Below are positions 47,790 to 58,304 of a DNA stretch of 64,000 nt, one piece after another (position 1 is the first letter of the stretch; each line of letters opens with the position of its first letter). The stretch is from contig JAFVDW010000009.1 in the NCBI GenBank assembly GCA_017478245.1, forward strand, positions 970-64,969, read 5' to 3'. The notes below the pieces were generated by a model. That model searched no databases, was not told where the DNA came from, and saw nothing but the letters and a program-made list of their open reading frames with translations. The DNA comes from Lachnospiraceae bacterium. GTDB taxonomy: Bacteria; Bacillota; Clostridia; Lachnospirales; Lachnospiraceae. The position numbers and the translations under genes were made by a program.

Positions 47790-49828
47790 TCACAGAAGGT
47801 CTTCTATCTCATTGGTGGGTGGCAGACAGGAATATCCCTTGCATACATAATAAGTGGTTCTATCATTGTGCAGAGGATATTCTTCTGTAGGCGCCTCCAG
47901 TATACGCACCACCGTGTCCAATGGAGCCTGACACGGAGAAATCCCTGCTGTGGAGCCTTCCTTACATACAACGACGATTTTATCCGGCATGTAAAGCTCC
48001 TCCAGACATGCCACTAAGGCAAACGCATATCCTGTTGGAAAATCTTCCGCCTCCCCACATAAATATGCCAACTGTCTCTTTGCCTGAGACTGATAACATT
48101 CCTTCCCTGTGAGATAATGAAGCTGCAGCAGATTATACGCCATCACCGAATTGCCACTGAAAACAGCCCCATCCGATGCCTGCTTCGGACGCAGAAGCAG
48201 TTGCTCATTTTCTTCCCCATTCAGAAAAAATCCACCCTGCTTCACATCACTGAATTCTTTTAAAACCATCTCACACAAGCCTTCTGCCCTCCGCAGATAA
48301 CTCTGATTCCAAGTGCCTCCATAAAGTGCCAGCAAAGCATATATCTCATAACTGTAATCGTCCAGAAAGCCCCTCCCGCCTCGCCATCCGTCCCGATAAC
48401 TCACATACAGAGCTTCCCCTTCACAGAGCTTTTCCTCCAGAAATTCCTGCGCTCTTATAGCTGCATCAAGATAAAACTCCTTTTGTGTCACACGATACAA
48501 ATAAGCCATCGCTGCAATCATCAGCGCATTCCATGCTGTCAAAATTTTGTCATCTGTGTGAAGCTTATAACGAATCCTGCGATATTCATACACCTTTTTC
48601 AGACACTTCGTCCATACATCTTCTGTTCGTATTCCCGATGGTGTTTCATGTAATAAATCGTTTTCCAGATGCTTTACCCAAGTATTATCCGCCCGTAGCA
48701 GATTCGGAATATTCTTTCCCTCAAATTCCCCTGCTCCGTGATATCATAGACTGCATTAAATGCCTTTCCTTCCGCCTTGCCCAGGACGCTCGTAATCTCC
48801 GCAGGGGTAAAAAGATAGTACTTTCCCTCCTCCCCTTCACTGTCCGCATCCTGCGCGCTGTAGAAGCCTCCCTCCACAGAGCGCATCTCTCGCAGCACAT
48901 AACCTGCCGTCCGTTCTGCAATCTCACGATAAATATCCTTTTTTGTCACCTGGTATGCTTTTGCATAAGCATGTATCAACAACGCATTGTCATAGAGCAT
49001 CTTTTCAAAATGAGGCACCAGATAAAACCGGTCTGTGGAATACCTGCAAAATCCCCCGCCGATGTGATCAAATAATCCCCCGCGATACATTTGCTCCAAC
49101 GTCTTATCCACAATGCTTAATACTTCTTCATCCCCACTTCTCTGGTAATATCGCATCAAAAAAAGCAGGTTATGAGCCATTGGAAATTTAGGCGGTCTTC
49201 CAAAACCACCCCATTGTTCATCAAATCTGCGCTTATAGCTTTTCACCGCTCTGTCGATTAACTGCTCCGCCTGCTGTGTCTGCGTCAATGTCCTATGCCC
49301 CTCGCAGCCCATCGATAGGTCTGATTTTTGCTTCTGCAAAAATGCAAGCATCTCTTCCGCAGAGTCCAACAATAACTGCCTGTTGGTCTCCCACTGCTTT
49401 GCAATGGCTGAAAGCAACTCCATCAGTCCCATTTGTCCCATGCGGGCTTGCCTGGGAAAATAAGTGCCTGCAAAAAAAGGCTTCTGATCCGGTGTCATCA
49501 ACACGGTGGTAGGCCAGCCGCCGCTTCCGGTGAACGCCTGACACACCTCCATATAGATACTGTCGATATCCGGTCGCTCCTCCTTATCCACCTTGATGGA
49601 AATATAATACTCATTCAGTATCTTTGCCACCTGCTCGTCCTCAAAGCTCTCATGCGCCATCACATGGCACCAATGACAGGTACTGTATCCGATACTTAAG
49701 AAAATAGGTTTATCTTCCCGCTTTGCCCGCGCAAATGCCTCCTCGCACCAGGGATACCAATCTACCGGATTCTCCACATGCTGCAAAAGATAAGGACTTG
49801 TCTGACCCTGCAGATGATTCAGCCGCAT
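47790..49828 (-). pseudogene. YyaL/SSP411-type thioredoxin-domain plus (alpha/alpha)6 protein with a frameshift near 48724
   Basis: [33 protein letters not shown]; adding one T in GGGAATTT(T)GAG restores [12 protein letters not shown] and an open frame through to LHTDDKILTAWN. Confidence 0.85.
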
Positions 49829-49941
49829 ATTTTGCCTTTACCTCCATTTTCTTTTCTCAAACTGAAACTTTACCATATGCAATATACTTATTGTACACAA
49901 GATAGACATGAAATAAAACCTCTATTTTTATATGGATTTAT

Positions 49942-49970
49942 TTGACAAAGCCATCAGATAATGAAATAAT
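49942..49970 (+). promoter_or_regulatory. sigma-A promoter
   Basis: TTGACA-N17-AATAAT with TG extension. Confidence 0.6.
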
Positions 49971-50000
49971 AAATCTATCAGTAGACAAAGGAGATGCCCT

Positions 50001-50411
50001 ATGCCATACCAGAAACCGGACAAGAAAAATGTCTTTAAACATATTTTTCAAAATATCAGTGATTCCAATCACGGACTTGCCATCATGTTCCGGGAGTCAA
50101 CCACTGTAAAACGGCTAATACCCATCGAGCTGATTGGCGGGATTGTGTTGGGACTGCTCTTTGGCTTCATCCCTTTAGAATACATTATTCTGGCTTTTAT
50201 TCTGGTGATTTTATTCACTGTAGAGACACTCAACACCGCTATCGAAGAGGTCAATGACCTGGTTACTTTAGAGGAAAATGAGCGCGTGCGTCGCTCCAAG
50301 GATATCGCCTCCGGCAGCGTGGCAGTGTGGCATCTGATATATGTGGTATGTGTGTTCACTTTTATCTTCTGCCATCTGGCAGGATTCCCTTGGTGGTTAC
50401 ATATTATGTAA
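50001..50411 (+). CDS. dgkA: Diacylglycerol/undecaprenol kinase family
   Basis: VETLNTAIEE..D, KDIASGSV; three TM. Confidence 0.8.
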   Translation: MPYQKPDKKNVFKHIFQNISDSNHGLAIMFRESTTVKRLIPIELIGGIVLGLLFGFIPLEYIILAFILVILFTVETLNTAIEEVNDLVTLEENERVRRSKDIASGSVAVWHLIYVVCVFTFIFCHLAGFPWWLHIM

Positions 50412-50466
50412 CAAGACAATAGACGAACCATACAATAAAAAGAAAAGCAAGAAGGAGACTCAGCAA

Positions 50467-50907
50467 ATGGCTAAGAAAAAAGTAGGAGAGTTGATTAAGG
50501 AAGCCCGCACCAATGCCGGTATGACCCAGGAGCAGTTGGCAAAACATATTAAGAGCCTGACGGCATCGGATATCAGCAAGGCGGAGAGAAATGAAAAGGA
50601 ACTGACCCAGGCTCAATTAAAGGAAATCGCCAAAGCAACCGGCATCACCCAGAAGTCCCTTTTAGAGGCTGCCTCCGGTACCTCCTCTACCAAGAAGACC
50701 GGGTCTTCCTCCGGCACTTCCATCAAAGTGACCACCACCGAAAAGAAGCTGCTGGAGCTCTATCGCGCGGCGGACTCCGATACCAAAAAGGCTGCTATTG
50801 CGCTCTTAAAGGGTGAAAAGACACAGACCAGCTCAATCCTTTCTTCCATACTGAATAATTCCTCCATTATGGATACAGTGCAAAGCTTCCTCACGAAGGA
50901 GCAATGA
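50467..50907 (+). CDS. XRE family HTH protein with S/T/K-rich linker
   Basis: IKEARTNAGMTQEQLA...DISKAER; AAGGAG RBS before ATG 50467. Confidence 0.75.
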   Translation: MAKKKVGELIKEARTNAGMTQEQLAKHIKSLTASDISKAERNEKELTQAQLKEIAKATGITQKSLLEAASGTSSTKKTGSSSGTSIKVTTTEKKLLELYRAADSDTKKAAIALLKGEKTQTSSILSSILNNSSIMDTVQSFLTKEQ

Positions 50908-50950
50908 TGATATTCCCTATGGCTTTTGATGAATGGCGTAGTACATATCG

Positions 50951-52489
50951 CTACAGGGAAGCATAGATCCCCTTCAATGCCGGATACAGCCTTCGAAACA
51001 CCTCATATCGATCCTTATATTTCTCCACCAGTGCCGGTTCTGGCTTGGTGGAGTCTTTTATTCGCACAATGCTCCGCACCGCATCCTCCACAGTCCCATA
51101 TTGTCCATCTGCAACCGCAGCAAGTATAGCGGCGCCATAGGCGGGTCCCTCCTCCACTTGAACCGTCTGCACCTCCAGATTCATCACATTTGCCACGATT
51201 TCCCGCCAAAGGAGACTCTTGGCACCGCCACCGCAGATGGTGGTCTTCTCCAGTTTGATTCCCAGACTTCTCGCCATTTCCAGCGAGTCCCACAATCCAA
51301 ACGCCACCCCTTCAAATACCGCCTGTAGCATATCTGCTCTGGACGTATCCATGCGCATCCCGATAAACGCTCCCCGTGCCAGAGGATCATTGTGGGGCGA
51401 ACGCTCCCCCATTAAATACGGCAGAAAGTACACCTGATTCTCCCCAAGCATTTTCTGATTCGTCTTCGCTTCCCCGGCTCCTGTAGTGCCCTGCCCATCC
51501 GCCTTTCCGATGAGCATTCTGGCTTCCAAGGGTTTCTGCTCTGCGGCAAAATCGTCTGTCCCTAAAATATCCTTCATCCACCAGTTGTTACAACTGGCGG
51601 CGGAAAGCATACAACCCATCAGATGGTAATTCCCATCCGCATGGGCAAAGGAATGCAGCGCATGAAAGGAATCTACCCCAAATTGCTCATGTGTGATAAA
51701 GATGGTGCCACTGGTTCCCAGAGAAAGGTTACATCTTCCCGGACCTACAGTCCCACAGCCAACGGCTGCTGCAGCATTATCTCCTGCACCTGCTGCCACG
51801 ATGCAATCTCCGGGCAAGCCCAATTCCTTCGAAATCTCCGGCAACAACACGCCAATCTTCTCATAGCTTTCATAAAGGGTGGGAAGCTTGCTTTCCTGCA
51901 AGTCACAGATTTGCAACATCTCCTTGGACCAGCATTTATGCTCCACATCCAGTAAAAGCATGCCCGACGCATCCGAATAATCCGTTGCATGCACTCCTGT
52001 CAGCCTGTATACCAAATAATCCTTGGGCAGCATAATCTTACAGATGCGCTTAAAATGCTCCGGCTCATGACGCTTCACCCATAGAAGCTTCGGTGCTGTG
52101 AAGCCTGCAAAGGCAATATTTCCTGTGAGCGCAGAGAGCCTTTCTTTCCCGATCTCAAGATTCAGATAATTCGTCTCCTCCGTGGTACGACCATCATTCC
52201 AAAGAATGGCGGGACGAATCACCTGATCCTCCCCATCCAGGAGCACCAGACCATGCATCTGACCGCCAAAGCTGATGCCGCGAATCTGACGCTTATCACA
52301 ATCCGCCACAAGCTCCCGCAAGCCCTCCACGCTCTTCTCCCACCAGTCGGAAGGATTCTGCTCGGACCATCCCGGATGAGGGAAAAAGAGGGGATATTCC
52401 TTGGACACAATTTTTAATACCTTCCCCTTTTCGTCCATCAATAACAGCTTCACCGCCGATGTTCCCAAGTCGATTCCAATATAATACAT
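50951..52489 (-). CDS. xylB: Xylulokinase (FGGY family)
   Basis: YIGIDLGTSAVK, GQMHGLV, AILWNDGR, GAGDNAAAA, SLGTSG, PYLMGERSP. Confidence 0.92.
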   Translation of the reverse strand: MYYIGIDLGTSAVKLLLMDEKGKVLKIVSKEYPLFFPHPGWSEQNPSDWWEKSVEGLRELVADCDKRQIRGISFGGQMHGLVLLDGEDQVIRPAILWNDGRTTEETNYLNLEIGKERLSALTGNIAFAGFTAPKLLWVKRHEPEHFKRICKIMLPKDYLVYRLTGVHATDYSDASGMLLLDVEHKCWSKEMLQICDLQESKLPTLYESYEKIGVLLPEISKELGLPGDCIVAAGAGDNAAAAVGCGTVGPGRCNLSLGTSGTIFITHEQFGVDSFHALHSFAHADGNYHLMGCMLSAASCNNWWMKDILGTDDFAAEQKPLEARMLIGKADGQGTTGAGEAKTNQKMLGENQVYFLPYLMGERSPHNDPLARGAFIGMRMDTSRADMLQAVFEGVAFGLWDSLEMARSLGIKLEKTTICGGGAKSLLWREIVANVMNLEVQTVQVEEGPAYGAAILAAVADGQYGTVEDAVRSIVRIKDSTKPEPALVEKYKDRYEVFRRLYPALKGIYASL

Positions 52490-52524
52490 ACGTCTCACAC
52501 CTCATGTCTTTCAGCCACATATCG

Positions 52525-54045
52525 CTATACGATTAATTCAAACTCCTGCATCTGTAGCTCTCCGGTTCCCTCAAAGGTAAAATACAACGGATATACACCC
52601 GGCTCCACTGTCGCCTCTGCACTAACATCCTGCCACTGCTCTGATTCTATGTCGGAAATGGACAATGGAAGCTCCGCAATCACAGGATTGCCTCTATCCG
52701 TAGTAACCTTCACCACTCCCCGGGCTGTTCCCCGCGCACGAATCCGTATAGCACGGATACTTTGTATATCAAAATATTTGAATCCAAGCACACTGCCGTC
52801 CTGAATCTGTGTCACATAGGTTCCGGCATGCACCTGCGTATTTGTATCTGAATCCTCCTTGGAAACCTCCATGGAATCCTCCATGGAATCCTCCATGGGC
52901 TGTTCCGGTGCCGGCTCCACATCTTCTCCCTCCTGAGTCAGATAGGGCATTCTTCTCTCCCGCTCCCCGCTCTCTCGCATATCCTCCAGATTCACACCCT
53001 TGCTGTCTTTGGAGAACAGATTGCACACGATTCCCGCAGGATAAACTCCCTCCCCTCGCAAGGGTCCGCCATTCAGACCACAGGAGGTCATCTCCACCTG
53101 CCGGATACTGCCGTCCGGAGCAATGGTAATAGGCTCCGCACTTCCCTGTCTGGAAAACATGGTCTGATTGGTGGGACGATGATAGAAAATATACCACTGA
53201 TCCCCTATCTGCACCATACCACCATGATTGTTGCCCCCATGATTCCGGGGCTCCGTATTCCCATCCACACCTACGTCAATGTTGGAGACAATGGTTCCCC
53301 GGAAGGTGAAATCCCGATCCGGATATCGACTGGTGGCATAACACAGCTCCACACATTGTTGGGAGGAATAGACAAAATAATAAGTGTCTCCTATTTTACG
53401 GATGGAGGAAGCCTCAAAGAAATTGTGAGTCCCCAACGATTCGTCCTGTCTGGGCATGATAATCTTGGGCTCTCCCACCATTGTCACCATATCTGACTTC
53501 AGCTCCATCACATAAGCCCCCACAAAGGTACGCTGGGGCTTAAACGGGAAAAAGGGATTAAATCCGGAATACAGATACACTTTTCCATCATCATCCACCA
53601 AAACACCCGGATCAAATTGAATCCAATCCCCCTCCGAGGAACCCGGCTCGTACCCCTCCTCATCATGGACATGTCCCAGAAATTCATAGCTTCCCGCCGG
53701 TGTATCGCACACCGCCACGGAGATGACCTCAGTGTTTTCCATACTGTAATATAGATAATATCTGCCGTCTTTCCCCTGTACCACATCCGGCGCATAGAGG
53801 TTACAGATATCCTTTCCGTTATACAGGGGCTCCTGGGTTTTTCGGAAGATCACGCCCTCATAGCGCCAGTTACCCAGCTCCTCCACCGGCGCAGACCAAC
53901 AGACATAATCATTTTGACAATAATCCGTGCCATGCGCCCTGTCATGGGAACCATATACATACAGACGCTCCCCGAACACTCTGGGCTCCCCATCCGGCAC
54001 ATACTCATAGGTTGGTAAATATGGATTAAAGGCTTGTCTCTTCAT
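52525..54045 (-). CDS. GH43 beta-xylosidase/arabinofuranosidase with C-terminal CBM6-like domain
   Basis: VPDGEP, YAPDVV, FDPGVLVD, FFEAS, NNHG; co-oriented with xylB. Confidence 0.85.
   Translation of the reverse strand: MKRQAFNPYLPTYEYVPDGEPRVFGERLYVYGSHDRAHGTDYCQNDYVCWSAPVEELGNWRYEGVIFRKTQEPLYNGKDICNLYAPDVVQGKDGRYYLYYSMENTEVISVAVCDTPAGSYEFLGHVHDEEGYEPGSSEGDWIQFDPGVLVDDDGKVYLYSGFNPFFPFKPQRTFVGAYVMELKSDMVTMVGEPKIIMPRQDESLGTHNFFEASSIRKIGDTYYFVYSSQQCVELCYATSRYPDRDFTFRGTIVSNIDVGVDGNTEPRNHGGNNHGGMVQIGDQWYIFYHRPTNQTMFSRQGSAEPITIAPDGSIRQVEMTSCGLNGGPLRGEGVYPAGIVCNLFSKDSKGVNLEDMRESGERERRMPYLTQEGEDVEPAPEQPMEDSMEDSMEVSKEDSDTNTQVHAGTYVTQIQDGSVLGFKYFDIQSIRAIRIRARGTARGVVKVTTDRGNPVIAELPLSISDIESEQWQDVSAEATVEPGVYPLYFTFEGTGELQMQEFELIV
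52859..52898. repeat. 12-bp tandem repeat in GH43 linker
   Basis: TTGGAAACCTCC-ATGGAATCCTCC-ATGGAATCCTCC-ATGG, encoding MEDSMEDSMEVS. Confidence 0.7.
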
Positions 54046-54316
54046 CGTAACCCTCCTCGTTTATACATTATAAGTGATACCTTCTATTAATAAAATTACC
54101 ATAAAAAAACAGGTATTACAATACAAGGCGTTTGGCAAAAAAGCCGTGCTATCTGGTAATAAATCTTCTCATGTTATTTGACATAAAATTTTTGTGAATT
54201 ATCCTTTACACTTTCTTTATACTTTCTTGAGTACTTATTTACACTTAAAAAATATAATCATGTTCAGAACCATTCACTTGGTTTGGAACAGTTACTAAAA
54301 AGGAGTATGTCGGAAA

Positions 54317-55609
54317 ATGAAATTGTGGAAGAAAAAACCCTTGGATCCCATAAAGGAAGCACGCAGAAAAAGACGTAAGAAGATGAGGAGAATCATCGAT
54401 GCCATCACCATATTTGCAGTGATTTGCTATATTTTTATTCCGGTTGGTCTGGCGCAGTTCAAGGTGAAGAATTTCGAGCAGTATGCACAGGATGTGACGA
54501 TGCTTCATGTACCTGACGTGAAAATTGTCGCTTTGGGGGAAGCCACCCACGGAAATGCAGAATTCCAGGAGCTGAAATTAACCGTCCTCAAACAGCTCGT
54601 CACACAAGGCTACCATGCCTTTGCGTTGGAGGCTGACTACGGGGATTGTGCGGTGATCAATGATTGGCTGCAAGGAGGTGAAGGAACTGCAGAGGAAATG
54701 ACACAAACCCTTTCCTTTCGCCTGTACAGGACAGATAAAATGAAGGAACTGCTTTCATGGATATATGACTATAACCAAACTGTCGATGATGATGACAAAA
54801 TCCGTTTTTATGGCTTTGATCTGCAAGGAATGACTCGGAGCGCAAATCACATTCTGGCTTATTGCAGGGCACATGATCTGTCTGAGGTTGAGACCTATGC
54901 AAATGAATTGGAGAGTATGGAAATGCCAAAGGAATACTACTCGGAGGAGGATGCGGCACCTATTCTCACCCTGATCCAGTCTGTCAGAGAGCTGTTGGAG
55001 GCGCATCCGGATGAGACAGATATAGCATATCGTCGCGCTTTGCATGAGACAGATTGTCTCTACAATGCTGTCCTGATGAATGAGGATTCCCGCCAGTATG
55101 CCGCCTTACGAGACATGTATATGGCAGAAAATGTGGAATGGATTGTTGCAGAGGAAGAAAAGCTTGGCAATGCACATATAATTTTAAGTGGTCACAATGG
55201 TCATGTGGCGAAAATGGACAAATATCGTAAGGTTATGGGGGCATATTTGACAGAAATTTATGAGAATGATTACTTTGTCATCGGAACAGACTTTTATGAT
55301 ACCAACTGCAATATGCCAGGTATGACAGGGGAACGTGTGGTCAAGCATTTTGTATCAGCCGATCCTCTGGCAGCGCAACTAAAACGCATGGATACCAATA
55401 CAGCTTATCTGGACTTTGCGTCGGTTCCGGAATCGGAAACCGGACTGTATCGGAAAATTCATTCTAAAATGACCCTGGGAAGTCTGGGTGAAGCTTATAG
55501 CCCGATTATGAAATTGTATACTTACACCTATCGTACGCATTATGTCCCAAGCGACTTATACAATGCCATGATCTTTGTCTATAAAGCAACACCTACGGAC
55601 TGCCAATAG
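54317..55609 (+). CDS. Erythromycin esterase (Ere/TIKI-like) family protein with N-terminal anchor
   Basis: VALGEATHGNAEF, FALEA, FYGFD, RDMYMAENV, HNGHVAK. Confidence 0.8.
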   Translation: MKLWKKKPLDPIKEARRKRRKKMRRIIDAITIFAVICYIFIPVGLAQFKVKNFEQYAQDVTMLHVPDVKIVALGEATHGNAEFQELKLTVLKQLVTQGYHAFALEADYGDCAVINDWLQGGEGTAEEMTQTLSFRLYRTDKMKELLSWIYDYNQTVDDDDKIRFYGFDLQGMTRSANHILAYCRAHDLSEVETYANELESMEMPKEYYSEEDAAPILTLIQSVRELLEAHPDETDIAYRRALHETDCLYNAVLMNEDSRQYAALRDMYMAENVEWIVAEEEKLGNAHIILSGHNGHVAKMDKYRKVMGAYLTEIYENDYFVIGTDFYDTNCNMPGMTGERVVKHFVSADPLAAQLKRMDTNTAYLDFASVPESETGLYRKIHSKMTLGSLGEAYSPIMKLYTYTYRTHYVPSDLYNAMIFVYKATPTDCQ

Positions 55610-55614
55610 TTCTA

Positions 55615-55773
55615 TTACTTTCCTGACTGATTGGTAGGATAACCATTCCCTTGCAGATCGGTGGTGGCTGACAGCTCACTGTTTTTATCCCTTTTATCAC
55701 TATCGGGTCTGTCGGCTTCCCACACACCGTCGGGAACTGTGTTGATGGGTTTCTTTTTATCTGTGATTTTCAT
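55615..55773 (-). CDS. 52-aa hydrophilic small protein, candidate forespore protein
   Basis: MKITDKKKPINTVPDGVWEADRPDSDKRDKNSELSATTDLQGNGYPTNQSGK*; AAAGGAG and AGGTG upstream; below the ORF-track cut-off. Confidence 0.65.
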   Translation of the reverse strand: MKITDKKKPINTVPDGVWEADRPDSDKRDKNSELSATTDLQGNGYPTNQSGK

Positions 55774-55850
55774 AAAACACCTATCTCCTTTCTAAATACA
55801 AGTAGATTCTGCACAATACTCCATGATACATGATAAAGATTGTACTTTAT

Positions 55851-55880
55851 TAGTATGTTTTATGAGCCCGACATTTATAC
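55851..55880 (-). promoter_or_regulatory. sigma-G-type promoter
   Basis: GTATA-N18-CATACTA, matching the B. subtilis SigG consensus GHATR-N18-CATACTA. Confidence 0.65.
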
Positions 55881-56819
55881 CTCGTTACTATATTCATCCC
55901 AGTAGGAGCCTATTTTGTCCTGATGCAAATGCTCGCCGATCACAATAAAAAGCTCCTGCCCTACAGAGATTTCCCGTATGGTCACATGCTGCTTTGTCGC
56001 ATTGACCTCCAGCCAATGACCGGTCTGATCCTTGATAAACCCCTTGATGCGATAGATGTTGCCCACCTCTTTATCTGCAAAAATAGACTCTATGGTAGTC
56101 CGCAGCTTCTCTATCGGTGTCTTTACATGAAAATAAAAGGCGGACGTATATTGATTGTTCTCCGAAACCGGGAGCTTTATCATATCCCCCCGGCGATAAC
56201 TACAGGACGAAAGCCTGCAAAAATCCGCCTCACTGATATCTCCCCGTTTCCAGATATACAAATCTTCTATCTTCCGGTTGCATTTAAAAAGCTTAAGCGA
56301 TTGATTCAGATAGGCGAGCATATCCTGCTTTGCTGTATCTGTAATGTCATCTGCTTTGCTGAGCACCACCTCTCCTGCCTTGGAAATCTGAGATGCCAGC
56401 AGATACCGGGACTCATTGGACAGGTCTTTTCCAAGAGCTCCATCTACAATGGTAATCACATTTCCAAGCTCATACCAACGCTCCAATGGCTCCTCATACA
56501 ACAAATCAAAAAATTCATCTACATCAAAAATACCCGACGGCTCAATCAGAACATGATCGTACTTCTCCATGCCCATGGTGATTAATTTTGTCTTCAGACG
56601 TCTCCTGTGACAATCCGGATCGCCACCGATGACCATCTCCAAGTGACAGGCATCCCCAAGCGCCGCCTCCAACAGCAGACGGTCTACGTTAATTGCGCCG
56701 TAATCATTTACAATGATAGCAATACGCTCTCCCTTGCCTACAAGCCATTTGCCGTATTCCTCTATAAAAGTTGTTTTTCCCGACCCTAAAAAACCCGTGA
56801 TAAGATCTACTTTAATCAT
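55875..56819 (-). CDS. CobW/COG0523 family P-loop GTPase (metallochaperone)
   Basis: ITGFLGSGKTT, IIVNDYG, LIEPSG, SKAD, RIKGF; CxCC replaced by GGDPDCH. Confidence 0.85.
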   Translation of the reverse strand: MIKVDLITGFLGSGKTTFIEEYGKWLVGKGERIAIIVNDYGAINVDRLLLEAALGDACHLEMVIGGDPDCHRRRLKTKLITMGMEKYDHVLIEPSGIFDVDEFFDLLYEEPLERWYELGNVITIVDGALGKDLSNESRYLLASQISKAGEVVLSKADDITDTAKQDMLAYLNQSLKLFKCNRKIEDLYIWKRGDISEADFCRLSSCSYRRGDMIKLPVSENNQYTSAFYFHVKTPIEKLRTTIESIFADKEVGNIYRIKGFIKDQTGHWLEVNATKQHVTIREISVGQELFIVIGEHLHQDKIGSYWDEYSNEV

Positions 56820-56882
56820 TTTGCTGCCTTTCTTCTGCATTTTTTGATGAATGCTTCCTAAATCTTTGGAGGCTTATCGTCC

Positions 56883-57359
56883 TTAAGAGCGAATCACGCT
56901 CCATGCCTCAATCAACCGCTCCAGACTCCACGCCGCATTGGCAGGACTGGTGGAGGGGAGACAGATAGCTGGTCTGTGTATGAGGTTTTCCGTATATTTG
57001 CGATACATTTTCTCCGCAGTCTTTCCATTTACATAGATGTGCCGGATGGGGGCTGCGTCCAGTATCACACGCAGGTCATTGGCTGTGACATTCCGTATGC
57101 TGGAATCGGAGGAGCCTTCAATATCACAGGATTTGATGACATCCCATGCTGCTATTTTGTGCCGTATCAGGAAATCCCTTCTTTCCGGCACTGTCTCAGG
57201 AAAAGTATCCTCATACACTGCTGCCACCACTCTCCAGAATCTATTTTGAGGATGTCCATAGAAAAACATAGCTTCTCTTGATTTGATGGAGGGGAAGCTC
57301 CCCAGGATTAATATTCTGGATTGTTCGTTAAATAAAGGCGGAATGGGATGTTCTATCAT
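56883..57359 (-). CDS. Uracil-DNA glycosylase superfamily (MUG / deoxyinosine glycosylase-like)
   Basis: LILGSFPS, YGHPQNRFW, LPSTSPANA. Confidence 0.88.
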   Translation of the reverse strand: MIEHPIPPLFNEQSRILILGSFPSIKSREAMFFYGHPQNRFWRVVAAVYEDTFPETVPERRDFLIRHKIAAWDVIKSCDIEGSSDSSIRNVTANDLRVILDAAPIRHIYVNGKTAEKMYRKYTENLIHRPAICLPSTSPANAAWSLERLIEAWSVIRS

Positions 57360-58252
57360 ACTGTCACCGCTTCCTTCTTTTTATCTGATACATTACACAG
57401 ACAGATCGCGCCCAGAACCAACAGGATTCCCAACACCGTGCCAAGGGAGGGCTTCTCATGAAACCACAGAATGCCGTTCAGCGTCGCTATCACCGGCTCA
57501 ATGGAGGCAATAATCGCAGCTTTTCCATTCTCCACATGCTGCAATCCAATGGTATATACAATATAAGGAATCACTGTGGATACCAGGACAAATGCCAGTG
57601 CCAGCAAAATATTCCCCATATCTGCCGTCACGGTCTTTGCGATGACCAGTGGTCTGGCAAACAAGGAAGTCCCTATACCGGCAAAGAGAAAGGTATAAAA
57701 GCTGATGGTAAAAGAATGATAGCCCCGTTCCAAGGCGTAACGCCCGAAGATGGAATATAAAGCATATCCCAATCCGGCACCCAGTCCAATCAAAATCGCG
57801 CGGGTAGTCAATCGTCCCGCATCCCCAATCACACCAGTCACAAAAATCAGTCCTAAAAAACAAAGTGCCAGTGCGATTAGCTTTGGCATCGTCAGTTTTT
57901 CATGAAAACAAACTGCCGAAATCACCATCACAAAAGCAGGACTCGTGTAAAGCAATATTGCAGCCACCGAGAGAGAAGTCATGGTAATCTCTTTAAAATA
58001 ACAAAGGTTAAAAAATACAATACTGAATAATCCTGTTCCCAAAAAACACCAAATGTCTTTCAGACGAATCCGAAAGAGCTTACGATTATAAATCAAAAGA
58101 ACCACCGCCATACTCACTGTGGTCAGAAAAGCCCTCAAAAATACTATATCCCAGGAAGTCAGTCCTTTCGCATCATAGGGACGCACAAACAATCCCATGC
58201 ACCCCCAAAGAATACCTGCCAACAAAATATATCCCGCATGCTTTATATTCAT
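57356..58252 (-). CDS. DMT/EamA family transporter
   Basis: Ten TM helices; AAILLYTSP, ASIEPV. Confidence 0.88.
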   Translation of the reverse strand: MNIKHAGYILLAGILWGCMGLFVRPYDAKGLTSWDIVFLRAFLTTVSMAVVLLIYNRKLFRIRLKDIWCFLGTGLFSIVFFNLCYFKEITMTSLSVAAILLYTSPAFVMVISAVCFHEKLTMPKLIALALCFLGLIFVTGVIGDAGRLTTRAILIGLGAGLGYALYSIFGRYALERGYHSFTISFYTFLFAGIGTSLFARPLVIAKTVTADMGNILLALAFVLVSTVIPYIVYTIGLQHVENGKAAIIASIEPVIATLNGILWFHEKPSLGTVLGILLVLGAICLCNVSDKKKEAVTV

Positions 58253-58304
58253 AATATGCCTCCTGCCTCTGTAATTTACCACAATCTACCCCTCTGTTTT
58301 TGCC

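Noticed and set aside
50411-50437. sigma-K/sigma-E-like promoter (AC-N16-CATACAATA) before the XRE gene
   Set aside because: Low information content; the gene can equally be read through from the dgkA sigma-A promoter.
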